Assembly: GCA_963845755.1 (NCBI GenBank)
Contig: CAWJTV010000025.1
Coordinates: 64,001 to 128,000 of the forward strand
Length of the DNA stretch: 64,000 nt
Direction of reading: 5' to 3'
Source of the DNA: an uncultured Planctomycetota bacterium
GTDB taxonomy: Bacteria > Planctomycetota > Planctomycetia > Isosphaerales > Isosphaeraceae
Shown: piece by piece, positions 46,751 through 56,157 of the stretch
How the letters are laid out: each line of letters opens with the position of its first letter
How positions within the stretch are numbered: position 1 is the first letter of the stretch
The notes under the pieces: generated by a model
What the model saw: the letters and a program-made list of their open reading frames with translations, nothing else
The model's database searches: none
What the model was told of the DNA's origin: nothing
Made by a program: the position numbers and the translations under genes

Positions 46751-46795
46751 GATACCTCTTATCTGTGCGCCAGTCTGAAAGCGGGACAAAAAAAA
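46751..46795 (-). promoter_or_regulatory. Orphan copy of the putative ECF-cassette promoter, followed by a sigma-like start (MDRSSGD, ATG 46742)
   Basis: Minus strand TTTT-GTCCCGCTTTC...CAGATAAGAGGTATC-GCACCTTC-ATG; matches the leaders of the sigma genes starting at 54922 and 50003. Confidence 0.6.
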
Positions 46796-46899
46796 TCGAA
46801 AATGGCAAACTCAATGCGAGACACCGGCGGCTCCAGGTCGTTGAAACAGGCATCCGGATTGTGGCGGTATCGGCGCGGCGTCCGCCCCGATTCACGCCG

Positions 46900-47271
46900 C
46901 AAGTCCAACTCGGCTCTCAGGTTCTTCCAGGCCTCCCCGGAGCCCGGGCCCAACGCCAAACCGTCTTCTCTCCGCAGCCACGTTGCCAGCCCCGAGATCA
47001 CCCGCGCCGAGTCCATCACGACCAAGTCCGGCGCGGCCCGGCACCGACCGCTGGCCCGTGCTCGCGGCCCGGCGCGGGTGGCAGCTGCCTTGGCGGCGTC
47101 AGTCCGACCGAGCGCGTGCTCGGCGAGGGACAGGTCATGCCAGTCGGCGAACTCGCCGCCGTGAGGGTGGAAAGGTATGGCGTCATGCGGCGCCGCCTCC
47201 TCCCGGGACCGGCCGACCCGGCACAAGAGCTCACCGCAGTCGTTGCAGTGCACCCACCAGACTTGCCGCAT
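46900..47271 (-). pseudogene. Degenerate TPR-like fragment (probable kinase tail remnant)
   Basis: GEFADWHDLSLAEHALGRTDAAKAAATRA resembles the adjacent kinase tail PTDWAYLAMAHAKKGDLAEARRTLER. Confidence 0.35.
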
Positions 47272-47334
47272 CCGACCTTCGCCGCCGCCTCGGCCTTCTT
47301 CGTCGCGACGAGCGAGGCCAGGCGAGGGGTCGGT

Positions 47335-49363
47335 TCATCTCGGCCCCGGACTCAGAAAGGGATCGCTTGGAAACCCGATATCGAAGAGCAGTGACTCGGC
47401 CTCGCCTCGGAGGAGGGCCAGTTCCTGGAGATCCCAGAAAGATGACGACGAATCCGGACCCGCAGCGCGGAGGCGTTCGAGCGTCCTGCGAGCTTCGGCA
47501 AGGTCTCCCTTTTTTGCGTGCGCCATCGCCAGGTAGGCCCAGTCGGTGGGAATCTCCACCACCGCGGCAGTGATTCCCTCCTTCAGGCGGACGATCGCCT
47601 CATCCACCCGGCCGGCTCGGAGGAGCAGTCCTCCCAGGGCGTTCGAGAAGATGTGCCGATACAGGGGTGGGGGCGCGGGGACGGCGGACAGCCGCTTCTC
47701 GCACCATCCCATCGGTACGCGGTAGTCGTCCAGGCCCCCGGCTCCCAGGGTGAAGAACCCGGCCCCGGCGAGAGCGTTCGAGACGACCGTCGGGTCGGGT
47801 CCCTGGCCGGCCAGGAACGCCGCGCAGGCCTCGCGGTAGCCGGCGCGATCGCCCGCCTTCAGGGAGGCGATCACCCAGGCCTGGGCCAGCTCCCGGCTCA
47901 GCGGACCGGTCCGTCCGCAGCGTGCCAGCAGGCCCGCGGCCTCGGACCAGCGGCCGGCGCGGCCGAGCTCCTCGGCGCGGGGACGACCAGCCCCTCGTCG
48001 GCCCCCAGCTCGAATGGATCGGGGCCTCGGCGGCTCCTCGGTCTTGATCTGCTCGATCAGCTTGAGCCGGTCCGACGACTCGAAGCCCGGGCGGAGCGTG
48101 AGCAGTTCGTAGAGGGTCAACCCCAGTGCGTAGACGTCGGCCCGGGCGTCCCCTTCGCCCCGGGAGCGTTCGGGGGCCATGTAGCGGAGCGTCCCCAGGA
48201 TGTCGCCGCTCTGCGTCAGCCCCTCGTCATCCCCTTTGGCCAAGCCGAAATCGGCAATCCAGACCACGCCCTCGGTGTCCAGCAGCAAGTTTGACGGCTT
48301 GACGTCCCGGTGCACGATCCCGCGCGTGGGCGTAGGCGAGGCCGCCGGCCACCTGCCGGCCGATCTGAGCCAGGCTGCGGAAGAACGCGCGCCGACCCGA
48401 CTCGACCGAGGAGAGCTGAGTCCCCCCGGGTAAGATCGCCGAGGTTGATGATGGGGAGGCCGAGGGCGACAAGGCGGGTGCGGACGGATGGGCCATCCCC
48501 AGGTCGGTTGCCTGGCCCACGGTCGCGGTCCGCGTCAGCGCGTGGTCGGATCCGGCCGCTCGACGGTCCGTCCCCGTCGCGGTCGGTGCCGCGAGGCCGT
48601 CGGTGAGGGTGCCGGCCCGCATCGACGGCGAGGCAACCAGCGGATCCGGGCCCTGGCCGCCGGGGTCGAACCGACCGGTCAGGATGGACCGCACGACCGC
48701 GCTGACCTCGACCCCTGAGTCGAGGGTCGGCGTGTCGATGCCATGGCGAGAGGGCTCTCCCTGGGGCCGCGGCGACCGGCCCCCGAAGGGCGCTTTGATC
48801 CCGGGCCGGGATCGGGCCCGGTCCAGAAGCTGCCGCAACTCGTCAATGACGGCGTCGAGCCCCAGGCCATCGATGAACTGCATGGCATAGAACCGGACAT
48901 CCCCGTCCTGGCCGATCTCATGGACCGGCACGATGTTGGTGTGGTGCAGCTTGGCCGCGGCGCGGGCCTCGCGGCGGAACCGCTCCTGGACCACCCGGTC
49001 GGCGGAGGCCTGCCCCGGCAGGACCTTCAGCGCCACGCGGCGGCCCAGCGAGATCTGCTCGGCCTCGTAGACCACCCCCATCCCGCCCCGGCCCACCTCG
49101 CGGAGGATCCGGTAGTCGCCGAGCTGCCTGAGACGCGGGATCGGGGCCGGCGGCGGCTGGATCGCCTCGTCGCGGGCGTCCTACTCGACCTGCTCGACCT
49201 CGACCAGGGCCGGGAACATCTCCCGGATCTCCTCGGCCATCGCTGGCAGGCGGTCGACATACTCCTGCACGCTCGGCCGCTCGCCCCGGCGATAACGCTC
49301 GGCGTACTCCTCGGCCAGCTCATCGAACCGGCCATAGTCGCGAGTACCGGATTCTGTGGACAT
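47335..49363 (-). pseudogene. Ser/Thr kinase A: nonsense codon, frameshift and internal deletion, with TPR-like tail
   Basis: [19 protein letters not shown] start; TAG at 49181-49183 where paralogue C has Glu; GRGGMG, VALK, HRDVKPSN, DFG; shift near 48318. After PPRPRSI the end of the kinase and the TM region are missing. Confidence 0.8.
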
Positions 49364-49365
49364 CG

Positions 49366-50003
49366 TCAGAGACCCTCCCAGCCGCCGGGCAGCGTCGCCA
49401 GTGCATCCTTGAGCCGCTTCAGGGCGCGGAAGTACCGCTTCGCCCCCGCCTCCGGCGTGATCCCGAGCACCTGGGCCACCTCGGCGCGGCCGAGCTGCTC
49501 GAAGTGTCTCAGCGCGAGCACTTCACGGTCAGTGGGGTCGAGGCTGTTCAGCGCCGCCTGGACCCTCAGCATCCGCTCGGCGCGCTGGGCCGCCTGCGTC
49601 GGTGAAGTGTGCCGGCCCAGGAGCATCGCGGCCAGCGCGGTCGAGCTGGCCCGGGGCAGGGCACCCTGGTAGAGCGAGATCTCCTGCCCCGCGTCCCGCA
49701 TTTTCGTGCCCAGGTGCTTGCGATGCAACGTCGTCAATCGCCGGCCGACGTGCAACCGCAGCCAGAGCAGGGGGGGAGCTTCGGGTCGGCCAGGTAGGCG
49801 TCCAGGTCGCCGGCGACGTCGAGGAACGCCTCCTGGACGACATCCGACGCGTCGAGTCGGGCGCGCAGCCGCTGGTCCAGGCGCAGCTCCACCATGCGCC
49901 GGAGCTGGTCGCGATACTGTTCGAACAGGATCGCCAGCGCCTGGCGGTCGCCGCCGCGGAGCTGCTCGATCGGGTCGATCGGGTCGCCGGGTGTTTGATC
50001 CAT
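49366..50003 (-). CDS. ECF sigma factor A (planctomycete kinase-associated type), frameshift in G-run near 49772
   Basis: [24 protein letters not shown] (sigma2) and TSPTQAA...[22 protein letters not shown]...[10 protein letters not shown] (sigma4); stop 2 nt before the kinase ATG. Confidence 0.85.
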
Positions 50004-50016
50004 GGGGGTCCTTAAC

Positions 50017-50123
50017 GCGGCCTTCGGCCGCAACCCAATCGGGATTCCCGATTCGAGATTCCGGATTCCCGAAGGGGAATGATCCGGGAATCCGGAATCG
50101 CGAATCCGGAATTCGGAATCCCC
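50017..50123. repeat. Inverted heptamer array plus small hairpin in the sigma A leader
   Basis: (NNGATTC)x4 at 50041-50068 facing (NNGAAT[C/T])x5 at 50086-50120, next to GCGGCC-TTC-GGCCGC. Confidence 0.7.
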
Positions 50124-50162
50124 AGAGGCGCGGCGGCGCAGGGATCCTACGGAGGACGACTC

Positions 50163-50208
50163 TATACCCTTTATCTGCGCGTCGGTCGGAAAGCAGGACG
50201 GGAAAAAA
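50163..50208 (-). promoter_or_regulatory. Putative ECF-cassette promoter (sigma A)
   Basis: TTTTTT..GTCCTGCTTTC...CAGATAAAGGGTAT; one of three similar copies. Confidence 0.6.
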
Positions 50209-50299
50209 GGGAATTGGGATCGTAATGGGCCCTCCCGGATTCGCGGAGGGCTTCATGGTGTTATGGGTGGAGTTGCATCCGACGACCTCGAACCCGACT

Positions 50300-53200
50300 G
50301 TGCACCCTGGCGGATCGCTTCCCGGGCTGCTCTGCGGCCGTGCATCGGCCGCCTCGGTCTTACCGTTGGGCGCGGTGGCGTTGCCAGCGGCCGAGAGGGT
50401 GGCCTCGGGAGCGGCTTCCCAGAGCTTCAGGCTACGGTCCTCGCTGACCGAGGCGAGCGTCCGGCCGTCGGGGCTGAACGCGACGTTCCGGATGTGTCCC
50501 GCGTGCCCCTTGAGGACCAGCAAGGTCTGCTTGCTGGCCGGGTCCCAGAGGCGGATGGTCTTGTCCCAGCCGGACGAAGCGAGCCGGCCGTCGGGGCTGA
50601 ACGCGAGGCCATAGACTTCGTCGATGTGCCCTTCCAGAATGCCTCGAGGCGAGCCGTCGGCGCCATCCCACAGCCGCACTGTCCTGTCTTCGGACGCCGT
50701 CGCGAGGGTCCGGCCGTCGGGACTGAACGCGACCGTGTTCACATCGCCGGTATGTCCCCGGAGTGTGACGCGGGCCTGCCGGGTGGCCGGGTCCCAGAGG
50801 TGGCACGTCCCGTGACTGCTGGCTGAGGCGAGCGTGCGGCCGTCGGGGCTCAGCGCCAGGCCAAAAACCTCCGCGGAGTAGCCTTGGAGGACATACCGGA
50901 CGGCCCCGGTCGTAGGGTCCCAGGCCCGGATCGTGCCATCATGGCCGCCCGAGAGGAGAGTCTGGCCGTCCGGCGTGAAGACCAGCCCGCCGATCTCGTC
51001 GATGTGTCCGGTGAGCGTGTGCCGGTGCTGGCCGTTGGCGGCGTCCCAGAGCCGCACCACGCCGGCTTTGTCACCGGAAGCGATGGTGCGGCGATCGGGG
51101 CTGAACGCGACGCACATGATGGGATGCGTGTGGCCCATGATCACGTGCAGTGCCCGCCCCGACGGGAGTTCCCAGACCCGCAGGGCGCGGTCGTCGTGGC
51201 CCGAGACGAGACGGTGGCCGTCGGGGCTGTACGCCAGGCATTCCACGGTCCCGCCGTAGGTCAGCACGGAAGGGCTCCGGAGGGTGCGGGGACGGGGCGG
51301 GCTGGCGGCATCCCAGACCCGCACCATCCGGTCGGCGCCCGCCGAGGCGATGTCCTTGCCGTCGGCGCTGAAGGCCACGGCGCGGACCTCGTCGGTGTGA
51401 CCCTTGAAGGTGCGAAGGTCCTGGCCTGTGGCGGTGTCCCAGACCTTCACCGTCTCGTCCGCTGAGCTCGTCACGATCGTCGCGTTATCGGGCCCGTAGG
51501 CCAGCGACGTCATTGGACCGTTGTGTCCCCGGGTCACCGATAGCTCCGCCCCCGTACGGGCATCCCAGGTCCGGAGGGACCGGTCGAGTCCGGTGGAGGC
51601 GATCCGACGGCCATCCGGGCTGAAGGCCACGGCGCGGACCTCGTCGGTGTGCCCGACCAGTTCGGCGAGCGGCGTCTGGGGGTCGTCGTGGTTCCAGAGC
51701 TTGACTTTCTTGTCGAAGCTGGCGGAGGCGATCGTGTGGCCATCGGGGCTGAACGCGACGGCGGCGACCGGGCCTTGGTGTCTACCGAATCGTCTATGGA
51801 TCAGATGGCCGTCGCGGGCATCCCAGACCCGCATGGTGTGTTTCGCGAGGGCGGCGACGAGGGTCCGGCCATCGGGGCTCCAGGCCAGCCCCAGGACCGC
51901 GCCCGGAGGACCCTCGAAGCTGAGGGTGAGCCGGCCCGAGTCGAGGGCGTAGAGCGAGAGGCTCCTGTCGGGGCCCGGCCCGGCGAGGCGGCGACCGTCG
52001 GGGCTGAATGCCAGGGCAGCGACGCCGCCGGCCAGATCCGCTCGCCGGCGCTCAGTCGTAACTCCCGTCGTCAGCCGGGATTTCCCGGTGTACCGGTCCC
52101 AGAGCTGAATGCGGCCTCTCCCCTCGAGACCGGCGAGGGTCTGTCCGTCGGGGCTGAACACCACATCGACGAAACTGTCATCCTGGGCCGGGAGCGCGAG
52201 CCGTTCCTCGTGGCCGAGCTGCCAGAGATAGCGCCACTCCCAGCCGCGGAAGTCGGACTCGTTTGGGGTTGGCCGCAGCAGGTCGAGGAGAGTTCGAAGG
52301 CGGCCCACGTCTGCGGTGCTCCAGGCGGCCAGGGCCAGGTTGGAGCGGGTGGCGTACACGGTCCGGCGCAGCTCCTCCTGAGTGTCGAGGAGGCTGGCGT
52401 TGGCCCGGTCGGCCTTCGTGCGGGCCGCGGCCTCCTCTACCCGTGCGCGATCCGCTCCCTGTCGTGCGGCCTCACGTGCGTTGGCGAGATTGCGGAACCG
52501 CTCCATCGCCACCAGCGAGCACACCGTGGCGATCACCAGCATTCCGGCAAGCAGCGCCGACCGAGCGCGGCGACGCCCGGGTTGCGCCTCGCCCATCGCC
52601 AGAGTCGCTCCGCGGCGCCGACCTGACGGGCCCGGATCGGCTCGCCGGCCAGGAACCGCCCAAGATCCTCGCCCATCGCGTCGGCCGTCTGGTACCGCGC
52701 CTTCGGGTCCTTCTCGATCGCCTTCAAGACGATCGTCTCCAGGTCCCGCGGGATCCGCCCATCGACGGAACGCGGCCGCCGGGGCTCTTCGCTCTTGATC
52801 TGCTCGATCATCTCGAGGCGGTCCCGGGACTCGAATCCCGGGCGGAGCGCGAGCAGCTCGTAGAGCGTCAACCCCAGCGCGTAGACGTCGGCGCGGGCGT
52901 CTGCTTCGCCCCGGAACCGCTCGGGGGACATGTAGCGGACGGTGCCCAGGACGTCGCCGCTCAGGGTCAGCCCCTCGTCGTCCCCCTTGGCCAGGCCGAA
53001 ATCGGCGATCCAGACCACGCCTTCGGTGTCCAGCAGCAGGTTCGACGGCTTGATGTCCCGGTGGGTGATCCCGCGCGCGTGGGCGTAAGCCAGGCCCCCG
53101 GCGACCTGCCGGCCGATCTGAGCCACGCTGCGAAAGTACGAGCGCCGCCCCGACTCGACGGACGAGAGCTGGGTGCCCCCGGGCAGGATCGCCGAACTTG

Positions 53201-54281
53201 ACGAAGATGAGAAGGATGACGACAGGGTCGCTGCTAGCCGATGCGGCCAGTCTGGGCCGTGCCGGTCGCCCGCGGACGCACCGGCGATCTCGGTGAGCTT
53301 CAATGCGGTGTCCGAGTCTGTTCCCGAAGGGGCAGGTCCGGACGAGCGGGGGGCGTCAGCCCCCTGTCCGGTGAGTGGCCCTCGAAGACAGGGGGCTGAC
53401 GCCCCCCGCTCGCCCTTCCGGAACTGACTCTCAGACCCGGTCGCGACCCGTTCCATCCCGGTCCCGAACTCGGTCGTGGGGCCTCCGGCGGGGGCCGTGG
53501 CCCGCATCGATGATGAGCCGGCCTCCCGCTCCGGGTGCCCGCTGCCAGGGTCGAACCGACCGCTGAGCATCGACTGCAACACCGGGCTGACCGCGATGCT
53601 CTGGCTGGAGTGCTCCGGGCGAGGCCAGAGCGACGGGTCGGGCGAGCGGGGGGCGTCAGCCCCCTGTCCGGTGAGCGACGGCTCTCCAAGACAGGGGGCT
53701 GACGCCCGCGCTCGCCCTTCCGGAACTGACTCTCAGACCTTTCTCGCAGCCGACGCAGTTCGGTGATGACCAGGTCCAGGCCCTGACCCTGGATAAACTG
53801 CATGGCATAGAAGCGGACATCGCCGTCCTGGCCGACCTCGTAGACCGGCACGATGTTGGTGTGGTGCAGCTTGGCCGCGGCGCGGGCCTCGCGGCGGAAC
53901 CGCTCGCGGCACGGTCCGGTCGCCGGACGCCTGCCGCGGCAGAACCTTCAGCGCCACGCGGCGGCCCAGCGAGATCTGCTCGGCCTCGTAGACCACCCCC
54001 ATTCCGCCACGGCCGATCTCGCGCACGATCCGGTAATCGCCGAGCTCTCTGAGAAGCGGGGCGGCGGGCTGCCGCGGGTGCGCGTCGTCGCAGACGTCCC
54101 GCTCGACCAGTTCGACCTCAATCAGGGCCGGGAACATCTCCCGGATCTCGTCGGCCATCTCGGGCAGGCGGTGAACATACTCCTCCAGGCTCGGCCGCTC
54201 GCCCAGGCGATACCGCTGGACGAACTCCTCGGCCAGCTCGTCGAACCGCCCATATTCGCGGGTACCGAATTCCGTGGACAT
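50300..54281 (-). CDS. Ser/Thr kinase B with TM, coiled coil and WD40 repeats; frameshifted, 3' end approximate
   Basis: Stitched from 53733..54299, 53300..53851, 52533..53582 and 49366..52596: [34 protein letters not shown] and more than 10 GH...VAFSPDG...LWD repeats. Confidence 0.8.
53314..53430. mobile_element. Palindromic MITE (copy 2), inserted in frame in kinase B
   Basis: 117 bp plus a 3-bp flank (TCC left, TCA right) adds [40 protein letters not shown], which is absent at the equivalent site of kinase A. Confidence 0.85.
53640..53732. mobile_element. Partial palindromic MITE (copy 3) in kinase B
   Basis: Inner inverted pair plus right end TTCCGGAACTGACTC followed by TCA; left terminal repeat missing. 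Confidence 0.75.
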
Positions 54282-54283
54282 GG

Positions 54284-54922
54284 TCAGGGGCCTTCCCACC
54301 CACCTTGCAGGGTCGCCAGGAGGTCTTTGAGCCGCTTCAATGCGCGGAAATACCGCTTCGCCCCGGCATCCGGACTGATCCCGAGTACCATCGCCGCCTC
54401 GGCGCGGCTGAGCTGTTCGAAGTGTCTCAACGCCAGCACCTCGCGGTCAATAGGATCGAGGCGATTCAGGGCCGCCTGGACCCTCAGCAGCCGCTCGGCG
54501 CGCTCGGCCGCCTGGGTCGGCGAGGTGAGCTGACCCAGGAGCATCGCAGCCAGCGCGGCGGAGCTGGCCTGGGGCAGGGCACCCTGGTAGAGCGAGATCT
54601 CCTGCCCGGCGTCCCGCATCTTGGTCCCCAGGTGTTGGCGATGCAGCCTCGTCAGCCGCCGCCCGACGTGCAAGCGCAACCACAACAACGGGGGAAGTTT
54701 CGGATCGGCCAGGTAGGCGTCGAGGTCGCTGCGCGACGTCGAGGAACGCCTCCTGGACGACATCCGACGCGTCGAGCCGGGGCGCAGCCGAGGGTCGATC
54801 CGCAACTCCACCATGCGCCGGAGCCGCTGGCGATGCTGTTCGAACAGGGTTGCCAGCGCCTGGCAGTCGCAGCCGCGCAGCAACGCGATCGGGTCGTCGG
54901 TGTTGCCAGGTGTCTTGTTCAT
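54284..54922 (-). CDS. ECF sigma factor B, with two compensating frameshifts (~54780 and ~54730)
   Basis: Close paralogue of sigma [12 protein letters not shown] is read in the alternate frame; the sigma4 HTH is intact. Confidence 0.85.
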   Translation of the reverse strand: MNKTPGNTDDPIALLRGCDCQALATLFEQHRQRLRRMVELRIDPRLRPGSTRRMSSRRRSSTSRSDLDAYLADPKLPPLLWLRLHVGRRLTRLHRQHLGTKMRDAGQEISLYQGALPQASSAALAAMLLGQLTSPTQAAERAERLLRVQAALNRLDPIDREVLALRHFEQLSRAEAAMVLGISPDAGAKRYFRALKRLKDLLATLQGGWEGP

Positions 54923-54931
54923 GAGGGTCTC

Positions 54932-54977
54932 GATACCCTTTATCCGGCGCCAGCCCGAAAGCAGGACCGGGAAAAAG
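54932..54977 (-). promoter_or_regulatory. Putative ECF-cassette promoter (sigma B)
   Basis: TTTTT...GTCCTGCTTTC...CGGATAAAGGGTATC-GAGACCCTC-ATG. Confidence 0.6.
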
Positions 54978-55232
54978 AAGTCGGGAACGAAAAGGGGTGT
55001 TCGTCATCTATCAACCATGGGCGATTGATTGATGGTATACTTTACAAGCATGCGATGCCACGATGAGTTTCTCCATCATGGAGATCCTCGAAAGGTGCGG
55101 CGAACCGAAGAGACCTCTCAGAGTCTAGTCCCAAGAATCCCGATTTGGGATCGCCGGGGGCGCGTTTCCCTCGTTCTCGCGGGGACTGTGGGAATGAGAG
55201 CGCGTCCGAGCTGGTTCTGGTCAAGCAGTTAA

Positions 55233-55518
55233 TCCAGGGTGCTCGCCTGCGCGACCCCTGGCTTTGTTGTGGATCCCCTTCGGGGAAATGTTCTTACGCC
55301 AACGGCGTTACACAGCAAAGCCCAGGGTCGCCGAAGGCGCACCCTGGGGTCGGGTTTGTCTTTACGCCGAAGGCGTTACATAACAAAGCCCAGGGTCGCC
55401 GAAGGCGCACCCTGGGGTCGGGTCGGGTCGCCGCGATCCCGTCCCACCCCTCCGCCCGTACCCCAACGGGGTTGCACAACAGGGCCCAGGGTCGCCGAAG
55501 GCGCGGCGCACCCTGGGG
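55233..55518. repeat. REP-like palindrome cluster upstream of the Y1 transposase
   Basis: CCCAGGGTCGCCGAAGGCGCACCCTGGG at 55321 and 55389, with variants at 55485 and ~55233, each paired with a small hairpin (e.g. ACGCCGAAGGCGT, TCCCCTTCGGGGA). Confidence 0.8.
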
Positions 55519-55539
55519 ATGCTTGCGGAAGGCGGACCC

Positions 55540-55995
55540 ATGCCCCAGTCGTTAGCCCAGATTTACCTGCATCTCATCTTCTCAACCAAGGACCGCGAGG
55601 CCTTGCTGGTGGACAAGGCCTTCCGCGAGCGGGTGCATGCGTACCTGGCGGGGACCTGCCAGAAGTACCAGAGTCCAGCCCTCATCGTTGGCGGGGTTGC
55701 CGACCATGTGCATATCCTGAATCGCCTGGGTCGTACGATCGATGTGGCGACGTTGATTCGTGAGCTCAAACGCGAGAGTTCGAAGTGGGTCAAGGAGAAC
55801 GAGCCGAAGTTGCGGGGGTTCCAATGGCAGGCCGAATATGGCGCGTTTTCGGCCAGCCCATCCCATGTGGAGGCGTTGGTTGAGTATATCAAGAATCAAG
55901 AAGATCACCACCGAACGGTGACGTTCCAGGAGGAGTTCCGCCGCATTTGCCAGAAGTAGCGGGTCGCGATCGATGAGCGTTACGCGTGGGATTGA
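55540..55995 (+). mobile_element. tnpA: IS200/IS605-family Y1 transposase (REP-associated, RAYT-like), premature TAG at 55957-55959
   Basis: MPQSLAQIYLHLIFSTKDR, DHVHIL (HuH motif), FQWQAEYGAFS and YIKNQEDHH (catalytic Tyr); the typical tail IDERYAWD follows the TAG in frame; no tnpB. Confidence 0.85.
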
Positions 55996-55997
55996 GC

Positions 55998-56098
55998 GTT
56001 GTGGAACCCCGTTGGGGTACGGGAGAAAACCATGGGCCAGAAGTACCCAGGGTGCGCCTTCGGCGACCCTGGGCTTTGTTGTGGATCCCCTTCGGGGA
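55998..56098. repeat. REP-like palindromes downstream of the Y1 transposase
   Basis: ACCCCGTTGGGGT hairpin and an inverted REP CCCAGGGTGCGCCTTCGGCGACCCTGGG at 56046-56073, followed by TCCCCTTCGGGGA. Confidence 0.8.
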
Positions 56099-56157
56099 AA
56101 GGAACGAAGAGAAACGCTCCGTGTTCGGCTCCCAGGGGCGCGCCTTGGAACGCTGAC

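Noticed and set aside
49366..52596. 1076-aa WD40-sigma factor fusion in the ORF track
   Set aside because: It reads through a promoter and a repeat element and joins sigma A only via the frameshift near 49772; sigma A has its own ATG at 50003.
357..55959. TAG recoding suggested by three in-frame TAG codons (357, 49181, 55957)
   Set aside because: The expected residues differ (Glu in the paralogue at 49181, probably Tyr at 55957), and TAG is the normal stop of the 10810 kinase.
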